Origin: Schmidtea polychroa
Lineage: Eukaryota
Assembly (NCBI GenBank): GCA_044892525.1
Contig: CM097885.1
Span: 207,824,001-207,888,000, forward strand
Length of the DNA: 64,000 nucleotides
Reading direction: 5' to 3'
Below the pieces are notes generated by a model. The model ran no database searches. It was not told where the DNA came from and saw nothing but the letters and a program-made list of their open reading frames with translations. The position numbers were made by a program, and so were the translations under genes. Of this stretch, positions 52,101-64,000 are shown piece after piece. Position 1 is the first letter of the stretch. Every line of letters starts with the position of its first letter.

Positions 52101-53677
52101 AGCTGTTTTATTTCAGTATTTGACTATTGATTGGGTTTGCTAATACTTTAATAAAATAAATTCATAAATTTCAAGAAATAAAATTCAGAAAGCAATCATG
52201 GGGGTATGAAACTACTAAGTTACATTGAAGAGTTTTATGATTGGTTAGTTGATTTACAAGTGTTAGATTGGCTGAAATATTTCAATGCTTATAATGTGCA
52301 AATATTCCACATGTAGTGAAATAAATCTCATGATTATCTACTAAACAAAATTTTATATTATTTATAATTAAATAAAGAAAATTTACAAATAAAAAGCTAA
52401 AAAAACAAATAAAGTCACAACGTTAAAGATGAAAACTGTTTCCGTAAACAAATAGCGATTGAATGACAAGATAAAGTTATTTCAGTAATTCTAATCCTAA
52501 ATAATCTCCCGACATAACATCATTCTAGAACATATAGACTTGTCATGAAACTGATTGTTCCTCTTCTCCAGATATTTCTACGATGTTGCCGACGTGTGAT
52601 ATGATATAATTATAAAAATTTATTTTTCACAAGATATTGTTGAGTGATTTCTGTGAGAGTAGTCAGCGTGTACATTTTTTCTTAAAATATTTTTCGATGA
52701 AATTATAATTTATCAGACAACGTTTATGTGTGATGTGATGCATAAATTATTAAAATAACTTTCCATTTTATCTTTTTTTTACTACTTTCATTTTAAATTT
52801 CTCTATCTCCTTACAAAAGCTTAGAATAGGTAAATGGAAAAGGATGTATAATGAATTGTTGTGGCAGTTAAACTCGATTCTATGGGATACAAGCGACAGT
52901 TGCTTATTTTAATCGAGTGTACAATATTAATTTATAATTTGAAACTTTAAAAGGTAACCATCCAATTCTACTCTTCCTAAATTTCAACTCCTAGTACGCG
53001 CATTTTATTACATACATAAACGAGATAAGTATAGAACTTAAAAACCATGAATTAATAATTTTTGTTAAAGAAAATTTATCTTGCTTCAAATTATGAATCC
53101 GTTGGCCAAATTAAAACTCATGCCTAGAGGAATTCTTTTCTACTTGTAGATATGAAATGTTCAATAGATCCATTCCGAAACTTGGAGATGACCTGCAAAT
53201 TACACTTCGAAAAATATAGTAAAATAAAATCGGAAAAATAGTACTACGAGGTTGGGTTTTATACTTGTACCATAAACTTTATGGGATCAATTGAAACTAA
53301 AACCTCTGGTTTTTTAATAAAAATGGCATTCGTATAAACCCGAATTAAAAGTGTGAACACTGTATGAAAATTTGTACTTTCATACTAATTGTAATTTTGT
53401 TTAATTTAAGATGATTAATTTTATTTAAAATACACTAACTTCCTGATATAATACATTTCGTTTGCCAGAATTTTTTGTATTATAACCAGATTTTATTATA
53501 GCCGATTTCCTTAAAATAGAACGTAGAGTACAGTACAAACGCTATTGGCACACATTAATTTTACAATATCAAATATTTTATAATATCTGACTTTACTATT
53601 TTGTAAACATTTACTCAAAATTTCTTTGAAGCTTAGTGTAAATAATTGAAAAATAAATTAAAATTATTGCGCAATTG

Positions 53678-54044
53678 GGTACTTCTGTGTTATCTTACCC
53701 CCAAAAATTAAATTAAAAAAGAACACATATAATTATTATATTTATTTTCTAAATCACAGTTACAAACTCAGCAAATGTTTGTAAAGAGTTTGTAAATGGT
53801 CATCCAGGTGGCCAGAAAATCACAATGTCGTTGAGAATAGTGTCGAACACATCGGCACTGTTGCTTAGAACACGTTTGCGCCACATAAACTCACATAATC
53901 ACATAAATCACAGATAGCCTTAATAAATTCATGTTCAATAATGTTCAATAACGTCATCAATAATGTATTCTCTCATTTTTTATATTGTTATTTTAATTGT
54001 ATTTTATAATTTAATTTTTGGGGGTAAGATAACACGGAAGTACC
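53678..54044. mobile_element. Merlin-like MITE, copy B (inverted relative to copy A)
   Basis: Same TIRs as copy A, with 7/8 TSD CGCAATTG / CCCAATTG. Confidence 0.85.
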
Positions 54045-57000
54045 CCCAATTGAAAACATTATATTTGTGAAAATAATGAAATTTGGAAATTGCAATTCGG
54101 AAATAAATTATATTCAAGCATTCAAAATTAAACACCAAATTCCTGTCGCAAAGCCGGATGATAGTACCCAATCAGCAATTTCATAATATACAATTTGTAA
54201 CTGCTTAAGACCTATTTTATGTCGAATTGTTATCTGATTTAAATATTCCATGTGTAAATTAAATACAGTATCTTCCGAATATATTGTAAAGTAGGATATT
54301 ATAAAAAATTGGAAATTGAAAAGTTACCTACTGTACCTGTATCTATGTAGCTATAGATGATAGAAAGAATGCTTGAAAAGCAAAAACAAGAAGGAAAACA
54401 TTTTTATTGTTCTTTGTATAGACAACATGTCCATCATCATTACTAATACAAATGGGAATACGATTCTATATAATTCTCTCAAAACATTTTTGAACTTTAT
54501 TTTCAGAAATGCCTGCAATCGCATCAGTTATCCTATCTTGCAAACAAATAATAGATAAATCTTTTGAAGACAAAAAAGCGGCTATTATGTACAATAGTAT
54601 TCCCCACTTTTTAAAAAAAAACAATTTGTGTAAAATTCTTTTTCTTTGCACCAATTATTTAAAGATTCGGAATCGTTTACAATGCTATAGAAGTCTAGTA
54701 AATCCACTGCCATTTTAAATTGTTAAAGTTATTATAAAATATTATTATATCGAATTAATTTCAAATCAGTTAAAAGTGAGGATACTATTGTACATAATAG
54801 CCCAAAATCCTTTTTACAGATTCTTTCTATCAGAAATACTTACGAAGTTACAAATATTTTTAATGGCACAGGGATCTTATATATTATATATTTCTTATGA
54901 GTAAAATCATTGATCTTTTTCGTTCCCTTAGATATGTTTTCATTTACGATTTCATTTATTTTCATTAAACTTCCGACAACAGAAAACATAATTGTTAATA
55001 ATTCATGAATTTCCGGTAAATGTCTTTAACTTTGACTTTTTTCGTGTTAATTTATGTTATATTGTTTAACATCTACAATTGTTTTACCGTCACATTTGTA
55101 ACACGGTTTATTTCAAAGAATATTTTGTTTAAATTATTATTTTATAAAAAAGATAAAATTTTGAAATATTCAAATTAAATTAATTATAAAATTATTTAAG
55201 TGACCCCCTTTCCGTTGTTTAGTAATTTACTCGTTGAAATTGATTTTCAGAATATGACCGCTTTAGGTTTTATGTACAGATTTAATAATATATTATTGGA
55301 ATTATTAATTTTAATATGAAATATTATTAATTGAATCTGTTGATTTAGAAACGAGAGAAATTTTAACTAATAATTTAAACAAAGATTTAATTGAACAAAT
55401 ATTCCGTAGTGAATTCAATAAGATTAGCAAGTAAACTCCCCTGGGAAGCATTCAAACAATGATCCATTCAATCAACAGAAACATCCCATGCAAAGCAATC
55501 AGATCGGTGGGTAACCGGATCAAAACTATAAGCTTCCCCAAACACACATCACCATCTATTTGCACTTTATCTTTTGTCTACCACATCCTTTTCCCTGGAA
55601 ATATTCATCTGAAACTCGCCTTGAATTGCTCCCTGTAAATAATGAAATTTTGCCAAATATTTATGCAATTAGAAGTGTTATTACTAACTCGGTGACTCAC
55701 AATCACATAATTTCTTTTAAAAAAAACCTAAGCAAATGATTGTCGACAATGTAAAAAATTATGATTTAAAACGCTAGATTCCTATTGGCTGACAAATCAA
55801 ATTAAATCTATTTATTTTAATTACAATAAAACTGCAATTTTAACATATTTTTTGATGAGTTTACTTGAAAATTACTTTAGTTAAACGGAAAATTTGCTTT
55901 TCACAATGAAACTTTGGATTTTTATTTTTTTATCATTGCAAAATTTACAGGCGTATTTATTCACTAATATTCTAATGAAAGGTAAATCTATATATTAATA
56001 AAATTAATATTTGAATTAAATTGATATTATATAATAAACATGAACAGAAAACCGAAAAAACTTTTTACATTTTTTAATATTTATTTTAAATATCATTTCC
56101 TATTAATTTACACGAGATTTTCAATATATCATAAGCTGTTATGTGCAATTATAAATTTATCCCAGGTGTCAAGAATAATAAAAATAATAAAATGAAAAAA
56201 ATGTTTTTATTTTCAAATAAAGGAAAATTTTAAAATATTTTTTAGTTTGATACAATTTGATAACGATTATTATTGATTAATTTGTTTGAATATTCTTATT
56301 TTCATTTAGTTGTTATTAATACGATTCCTAGGCTGAAGAAGATTGTTAAACGGTGAAATATATATCTATGTTACATAATATGCTTGGTTGGCGTTTTTCA
56401 ATTATTAAAACTATGCCTTCTTAATATAATTATGATAATATAATTATAATAATATAATTATGATAATGATAATAATAATAATATTAAATATTAAAGGGAG
56501 AAAATATCAGTATTAATAATATCTCATCACTACAAGGCTCAATTAATCAACTTAAAATTAATTATCATGTATGAATCAGGACGCTTTGGGAAGATTTTTC
56601 TTTCATTTGCCGCTCACAAATTGACTAAACTTAACCAATGGTGAATTGCACTGAAAAATCATTACAACGCGCCCCAACAATGTTTCTAATGCACGGGATT
56701 TATTGATCTTCAAGATTTAATTGTTTGATTAGTTTTCGGCCAAGTTTTATGTGAGAGAAATTAGAAATAAAAGTTTCATGCGTTGTAACGATAAATTCAG
56801 ATGGAAAAGGAATATATATCATTATTATCGTCACCCCCACCATAATCGAGATCATTTCCATCAACGGCAATATTATCCTCGTCATAAAATCCTATCCAAA
56901 AAGGGGTACTCCACGTGCCAGTCCAGTAAATTAACGAAGCTGTGATTGAATTTAGAAATATTTCCCGTTGATTGAAACACATTTTCTTTTGTTCTATGTA

Positions 57001-58043
57001 ATGCGCATGGTTTTTCAATTATTGAATTGTTATTTATGCGATGAGTTATTAACAGAGGGATTTTGATGGGGGCATCTAGGTTTGATTAAATCATGGATAG
57101 AACTTATTAATCATCAATCTTTGTTTATTTTGTTTTATATTTTATATTATATATTATATATTAAAAAAAAACTAAAATTTATTAAAAATTCTATGGAAAG
57201 AAATTACCAAAATAATTTTCCTTGTAAACATTTGTAATTTAAATTAATTCTCTCAATATCAAATTTTAATTAATTTTAATTTCAACACTTTTGAAAATCT
57301 TTAGCTACTTACAAAACCGCAAGCATTATAATAGCAATAAAAAAATAAATACTGAAACATGTTTAAAACACTATATTAACCCTAGGGAGGCCAGACGTTG
57401 CATTTTTTCACACATTTTCCCGTATTTTATGAATTTCTCCTCTGTCCCACAAAGTTATTGAGAGAAAGCGCAATTGTACAGCAGTTTTCTTTACATAAAA
57501 ACCTAAATCAATTTAGATCACTAACATAACCCACAGTATCTTTCAAAGGTTTTAAAAATGCATTTATTTTCTGTGTTTTTTAAAAATTGAAATGTCTCCA
57601 CAAATTTTACTAATATTCGAGTGAATATTACAATTGCTTAAAATTAATGTAAAATTTTACCCTCAAAATTTAAGATAATGTTAACAAGACATGAATACTT
57701 TCCAAAATGATACTTTCTTATTGAATTTCAAGATGTTAAGTTTATACCATTTCCATATTCAATCTTGTATATGCAGATAAATGTGAACATAGCCTAATAG
57801 ATGTACATATACTTATTTGTGACATATAGTCAGATCCACAGGATAAGCACTTGTTTGCACGTAATTATTATTATTAATATTAAAAAAACTCAATACTCTT
57901 ATATTAAGGAAACACACAAACTTACCTGAGTGTTGAATGTTAATGTTTTATAATTAACAATATTTATTATAGAAATTGAGAAGGGAGTAAAAAATATTTT
58001 AACACACAAACACGCTATATAATAAATTATGCATTGAAACTTT

Positions 58044-58059
58044 TGTTATATAGAAATAT

Positions 58060-58096
<37 letters not shown>
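58044..58096. repeat. (TA)n microsatellite
   Basis: Uninterrupted TA run. Confidence 0.95.
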
Positions 58097-58119
<23 letters not shown>

Positions 58120-58936
58120 CTACCGACTGTTTTAGCTTGATATCCGAAAGAGCTCTCTATCTTACGCATTTGTTTGATCTAAAATGATGTTCTCAAAAAA
58201 CGAACACAAATATTTAATATAATATTTTGCGTATTAAGTTTGGATCACTGGATCACATGAACTAAATAGTATATAACTAAAAACTCAATACCAAAACATG
58301 AATGGTATTTTACAGAATACAGCCAAACACGAGAAAAATTTATATCTTAAAATTTGACAGTATACGTAATATAGTTTTAGGTCTCGACTTAACAGAACGT
58401 AAATATTTTATTAAATTAAGCAATAGAGGAATTAGCATATATTCGTAATGATCGTAGAATAACATTGAAAGATCAGGAAATAATCTTAATTTATTTATAA
58501 TTTATGCAGTTTCCAATGAAAATCAAGTACACTTACACTTATAAACCAATTACAATTCATACACCAGATGATTCAATTGATTATTACACAGTTATTCTGA
58601 AATTTAATTAATATATGAGTTTGTTAATTATTAGTCTAAATTATTAGTACGATCGAAATAATATATAATTATACCGTACATTGCAGGCCGGGAATTTTCT
58701 TGCAAAAAACAAAATCTAATAAATGTATTAATAGTATATATAATGACATAAAATAAATATACAATGTGTTAACCAATAAAGGCACGGTTAAAACGGCGTG
58801 GACAATAAAGGCGCAGATAAATATATATCGAATCGTGAATAAAGTATTTATAACTAGATTCTAAAAGAATATATGGACTAGCTGGAGAGATATATCTATA
58901 TATAAACATTACAAGCTTTGTGATACCCAGTGCAAA

Positions 58937-58989
58937 TCCCAATAGTAGACTAGTTTCGAGCTTTTGGCTCTCATCAGTACTATTCAGGA
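58937..58989 (-). ncRNA. Type I hammerhead ribozyme, intact core, palindromic minimal stem III
   Basis: UCC-UG-AAUAGUA CUGAUGA GAGC-CAAAA-GCUC GAAA CUAGUC / UACUAUU-GGGA: full catalytic core, stem I with a UG bulge, loop II CAAAA, GUC cleavage triplet (cut between 58948 and 58947) and self-complementary ACUAGU. Confidence 0.9.
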
Positions 58990-59009
58990 GACGCGAATAT
59001 TTATCTTCG

Positions 59010-59023
59010 CGCCAGGTAAGTAT
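59010..59023 (-). ncRNA. U1 snRNA 5'-end-like sequence at the head of the hammerhead repeat (second copy 59366-59379, plus strand)
   Basis: ATACTTACCTGGCG equals the conserved metazoan U1 5' end. The rest of U1 (70K loop, Sm site) is absent. It could equally be a consensus 5' splice site read on the other strand. Confidence 0.5.
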
Positions 59024-59399
59024 ACAATATTGTCGATTCAACTCTATTGCATACTTTACCTACTACACTGGAAATCACATCACTTGCAAATTCGCTAAAT
59101 CACAGAAAAAATATCTGCAAACTTGTAAACATGGCGCATGAAAAATCATATTCACCTCTGGAAACACCGTCATACACAGAAACCGTCATACACAAAGTGC
59201 ATCCGTAAACCGTTAGCATTTTTAACTTGTAATGGTGTAAAATATTTTTTTTACGGATGTCTAACATTAAAATGATATAAACATTACAAGCTTTGTGATA
59301 CCCAGTGCAAATCCCAATAGTAGTACCAGGGAAAGTATGCAATAGAGTTGAATCAACAATATTGTATACTTACCTGGCGCGAAGATAAATCTTCATGTC

Positions 59400-59452
59400 T
59401 CCTGAATAGTGCTGATGAGAGCCAAAAGCTCGAAACTAAACTACTATTGGGA
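59400..59452 (+). ncRNA. Second hammerhead copy, cleavage triplet mutated (probably inactive)
   Basis: CTGATGAGAGCCAAAAGCTCGAAAC is intact, but TAGTC has become TAAAC. Stem I keeps pairing through an A-U to G-U change. Confidence 0.8.
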
Positions 59453-59659
59453 TTTGCACTGGGTATCACAAAGCTTGTAATGTTTATATTATTTTAATGT
59501 TAGACATCCGTAAANNNNNNNNNNNNNNNNNNNNNNNNNNNNNNNNNNNNNNNNNNNNNNNNNNNNNNNNNNNNNNNNNNNNNNNNNNNNNNNNNNNNNN
59601 NNNNNNNNNNNNNNNNNNNNNNNNNNNNNNNNNNNNNNNNNNNNNNNNNNNNNNNNNGC

Positions 59660-59900
59660 GCCTTTATTATCCTCGCCATTTTTGTCAAGCATTTATTGGG
59701 GTAAACCCTATTATATTACAGAGCTTGCTGCATACGACGTCACTCCGGGCTTGATCCTGTAAAAATTTTCTTTTGATTTTTTTCCAGGGGCTTGTTTTTG
59801 ATTATGATGCTTCCACATGATGCCTTCAATGCCTTCAATCTCTATTGTCTGCTCACCGAAAATAGAGATTCTTTCACAAAGTGGTGGTGGAGACGATATT
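59660..59900 (-). mobile_element. Possible piggyBac transposase N-terminal remnant
   Basis: Acidic stretch, then W...RIKPGVTSYAA, like the piggyBac PGPT.YA motif. Broken frames, ends at a gap. Confidence 0.45.
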
Positions 59901-62486
59901 CATCTTAAGAAGATTCACTTGTTCCACTCTCATCAGAATCCAATATGATTGATATGTTCTCAACAGCAGATGTTTGCAAATCCTTATTGATATTGTCTCC
60001 AGAATCATCGTGATTGATATTTCACATTGCTATTCAAAGAAGAGACGCATGACTCACAAATTGAAATGATCAATTTAAATATATTTAACATTATTGGTCG
60101 ACTTAAAAAATACTCTACAACAGAAAATCTTATGAAAAATGCCATCCACATAATACAAAATATGACTCAATTAATTTCTTTTTCTTACTGTGGTCTTGGG
60201 TGGACAAGTGGTTAAAGAGGAAGTCACATGAATGAACTTGTCTCTCACTATATTCTTTTATGCGTCCATATTCATATAAATGTCCATGTCATCCATGCCA
60301 TTTTGATAATCGGCGTCTCTTGTCCATAGCATGCCCATAGTTATCTCTAAAGTTTTATTGTAGTTCAAAGTGCCATTCTCAAATACTGTATGGACATATT
60401 CGTAGAGTTATAGTGCCACTATTATGAAATAAAAAATAATTTTTCTGACATTCTTGTTCATGATTTTGAATGCGTTTATAATTTCCTTTGAATAAAAGCT
60501 GGAAGATTAATTAATTAAAAATTATCCCGACTAAGATCTTGTTTCAATTTCAAGTTAAAAAACTACTCAATTTAATTAATAAGTAATATAATTTATGTTA
60601 AGATTTCAAATTATTCTCGACAGAAATCTGCAAATTCGGCTGTTCCAGTATCACTTGCCATTCGAATACTCTGATATCCATAGATTCCATCACCTCAATC
60701 CAAGCCTCAGATAATTCGAAATGCAGTCCAATTAATCATTCATATTCTCTGTCCCCCTATAATTGCTATTTCAAATATTTTGAGAATGTAAGTTTTGGAG
60801 TTGTTTAATTTTGAAATTCATGCCAAAACTTGATGGGATAATTATTAACAAATCTGTGTCACAATTTCCCAAAAAATCAACAGATTTCTTGAAAATATTT
60901 TTAATTGGTTAAAACAAATCTTTTCTTTTCTAATTTTTAAAATGCAATTTATTCATTTTATTTTATTATTAATTGAAAAATTTAGACATTTCTACCACGC
61001 TATTTAAATAACAAAAAAAATATTTATTTCAAATATAACTTTGCTAACAACCTACAACAATATAAAAAATAAAACAAAAAGATATTTATATTAAATTATA
61101 ATAACGTATTCGGGCCGCGTTAGTGTTAGTTTGCATTTCGAAAATATAAAAATATATTACTGTAATTGTCTAAATTTTTTAATTTTTTAATTTTTAAAAT
61201 TTTTTTAGAAGCGCCTTAAGTGTTATGTAGAAAAGGAATTTTTCTGATTTTATTTTAAGAACTTTTTTTATTCAAAATACAAACAAATTAATCACAATTA
61301 GTCATTAAAACAAGTTTAATTTCTAGCATATTCTTTCCCCATCTTTTTGACAGTAGATCGATGCCTTTTTTGGGGGAATAAAATGGACAACCTTTTTCTT
61401 GATACTTCCGAAATCTGAAGCTTTAATCCATTGAAACTTTCACCAAAGATCGAAACTAATAGAAATTAGGTAGAACAAAATCTGCGGAATATACAAAAGG
61501 AGTAGAACTTCTCGGTAACTCCTTTTAGTCATTAATGAAAGATGATGTTTTGATTAGTTATCCAAAATAATCTGTAGGATCGTCTTGGTTTCAACGTTTG
61601 ATTCAAATGTTTTGAACTAAGATTCACAATTACAGTATTTTGTAGGTTTTATGAGCTTCTGATTCTTTTAAACACAAATTATTATTGTTTATAGATATGT
61701 ATATTTGAAGTATGTAATAGTCCTTGACAAATTGAATCATTATTTTTGGTTGATAAAGTCGTAGTAGTAAATCTAATTTTTCTATTCCCAATTTCATATA
61801 GTGAGCTTTCCCAATTCTACCGAACTGAGAAAATCGCTCAATAACTGTGCTACACGGCTTTCTGAATGTTTGCATTATTAATATATGTATCCTTTGACAT
61901 GATTGAGGGAATGGAAAATCTTTTTAAAATTTAAAAAAAATATAGTATGCTAATTATTCTTAACAAAATGAAATAAGGATAACAAAGTAAAAAGTGTAAA
62001 GCTTTGAATTATTCGAGTGACAACTAAAGACCTCCGCGACAAGGTGTGGACTGGCCAGTCAAAAGGAATCAAATTGGCCACACTGGGAATTAGTGTGAAT
62101 TTTAAGCTATGAATCTAGATTCAAACCAAACGAAACGCTAATTAAAATAAAAGGAATAATTTGAAGAAACCCATCTTTCACTACTGATAGTGATTCGACG
62201 AACTTACAAACAAAAAGTGAGGTATTTCATAAAAGTACACAATAATTGCCTGAAAGTCAAAAAATTAACAAATTTATATTATCTTAAAATTTATTAGCAA
62301 ATACCAAAGAAAATTTGTTTAGAAACTGAAGTTTAAAAAAATCAGAAAATACTATTATGTTAGGATATTTATGCAATTGTTGACTCCCAGTTAACAATTA
62401 ACACGGCTCAATCTAATTTGCAATTTAGCTGATGTTACTCTCGCTCAAATTTCTTCTGTTCTTTTTGCTTTTCTTAGTGATGACAT

Positions 62487-62530
<44 letters not shown>

Positions 62531-63199
62531 TATTATTATTATTATCATTATTTTTATTATTATAGTCTTCATTATTTTTTTTTAAGATTTACCAAAATTA
62601 GATCAAATTTTGAACCAGATTATAGTTTCCGTTAAAAATAATAAATATAATCAACAAATTCTGACAATCTGGAACAAATAGATTCCATTTTCTCGTGGTT
62701 GCCAGAAAACTAATTACGTATGGATTTCATTTTCAATAACAATTCTATATAGAAATAGGATTCTAATTATTCGTTGTTATAATTAATGACAAAACATGTC
62801 ACCGGCCAATTAAGTGCAATTTTGTTGAATAATCCATCACTTAGTCCACTTACCAACCGTTTTTATTTTCACTTCAAAGTTGTCATACTTTTTCTTACTA
62901 ATAGACATACACTGATGACAGGATATATGAGGTAAGTCACAAAATATTTACAGTAAGCTTAAAAATTTTATTCGATAGAAAAATATCAAATTTAATAAAT
63001 TATTAAAGATTTATTATTATTTTTTTTATTATTTATTATTTATTATTTATTATTTATTATTAAACATTTTATAATAAAATTTATTTATCTTTTATTTTTT
63101 ACATTTATTACAGATTTTACTAGATTTAAAGCTCGTTAATATTCATTTCAGTTCAATATATTCTCATACAAATTTGAAATAGAGTTGAGATGTATATTC

Positions 63200-63415
63200 G
63201 AACAGCAACACCAGGATACATTGTCGAACCACTTGATAAGGTTTCATAAATTGCCATAGTGTGAGATATAGGATTACTAGAGTCCACAACGATACCCGAG
63301 GAACGACCTGAAGCGTACAAAGAAAGAACTGCTTGAATTGAAACATACATCATTGATACATTAAATGTCTCCAACATAATTTGAGTCATGAATCCTCTGT
63401 CAGCTTTGGAATATT
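63200..63415 (-). pseudogene. act: Actin pseudogene fragment with a large internal deletion
   Basis: [44 protein letters not shown]...IYE is fused directly to [14 protein letters not shown] (actin VLSGGTTMYPGIADR). Confidence 0.92.
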
Positions 63416-64000
63416 GAAAAGAACTTTTTGATCAGTTATTGAGATTGCATTTCCGGATGAGATAGATTTAAAATGAACAAAGATATCCTTAGAGCTACTA
63501 TCACTGTCAAGACTTATGAATTCATATCCATTCTTTAAGTTAAACCATTTCATAATGAAAATGAAAGTTTTTTAAAATCTTTATTCTATTCAAAAATTCG
63601 CCAAAACAAAACCTTTTTAAACAGACTTTAAAATCCGAAACATAAATTCATTAATTTTAAAACACAAAAATTAAAATTACCTTGCCTCGCGTCTGTGTGC
63701 GCATCCCAACAGAAAAAATACAATCACAGACGCGATAAATAAATAAACTCAGGATTAACAATGAAAATAAATTAAATTGTAAATGAAAATAGATCAAAGA
63801 TGAAGAAATTACAAATTTTATTAGTTTGCTTAGAATTATAATTGTACAGGAAGATATACTGCCACGACAAATCATTTCTGATCATTATTCCATATTAATT
63901 ATTTAGATTCTCCAAGCCGTTTTTATAAAAAGTATTTTTTAATTATTTTTCATTTGCAAAACACGGACATTTTTACGCATCAAAAAATCCCCTAAACAGT

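Larger units (their letters stand above)
58899..59514. repeat. Inverted array of a ~185-nt hammerhead-containing repeat (retrozyme or Penelope-pLTR-like)
   Basis: Minus copy 58899-59058, minus partial copy 59245-59323 with an A8 tail, and plus copy 59331-59514 running into an N gap. Confidence 0.85.

Noticed and set aside
55430-55635. GC-richer exon-like block on the minus strand (FDPVTHRSDCFAWDVSVD)
   Set aside because: Frames are broken and I cannot assign a family. The same applies to blocks near 49800, 50250, 56800, 60650 and 61400.
59010-59023. A bona fide U1 snRNA gene
   Set aside because: Only the first 14 nt match. The 70K loop, Sm site and terminal stem are absent.
59453-59460. TTGCACT resembling the U1A-binding loop of U1
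   Set aside because: One mismatch to AUUGCAC and no closing stem, so it is not counted as support for U1 ancestry.
62487-62565. (AAT)n followed by (TAT)n forming a long inverted repeat
   Set aside because: Simple microsatellite juxtaposition. The poly-Asn/Tyr ORF is an artefact.
1-64000. CRISPR arrays, rRNA or tRNA genes
   Set aside because: None recognisable. The only short tandem arrays are pogo subterminal repeats and microsatellites.

Overview
AT-rich eukaryotic scaffold with four N gaps, almost certainly from a triclad planarian: a near-perfect copy of the 42-nt planarian spliced-leader (SL) exon lies at 48207-48248. The window is mostly nested, decayed mobile DNA: a NeSL/Utopia-like non-LTR RT, a Ty3/Gypsy element, a Polinton/adintovirus-type pPolB fragment, several hAT elements and MITEs, pogo/Tigger, Tc1, Merlin and piggyBac pieces, and an actin pseudogene fragment. 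I could not assemble any intact host gene. Four things stand out. (1) At 58.9-59.5 kb, an inverted array of a ~185-nt repeat fuses a 14-nt match to the U1 snRNA 5' end to a type I hammerhead ribozyme with a palindromic stem III; one partial copy starts at the ribozyme cleavage site. (2) An orphan ~250-aa CxxC/coiled-coil gene cassette occurs five times with signs of purifying selection; two copies are followed by a covarying RNA hairpin, and one of these leads into the NeSL-like RT. (3) A virus-like, intronless cluster (TRAF/MATH, two coiled-coil ORFs, a type I membrane protein) lies upstream of an LTR-like repeat. (4) The SL exon lacks its splice donor, suggesting a retroposed trans-spliced mRNA. 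All protein and RNA assignments come from motif recognition by eye; no searches were run.
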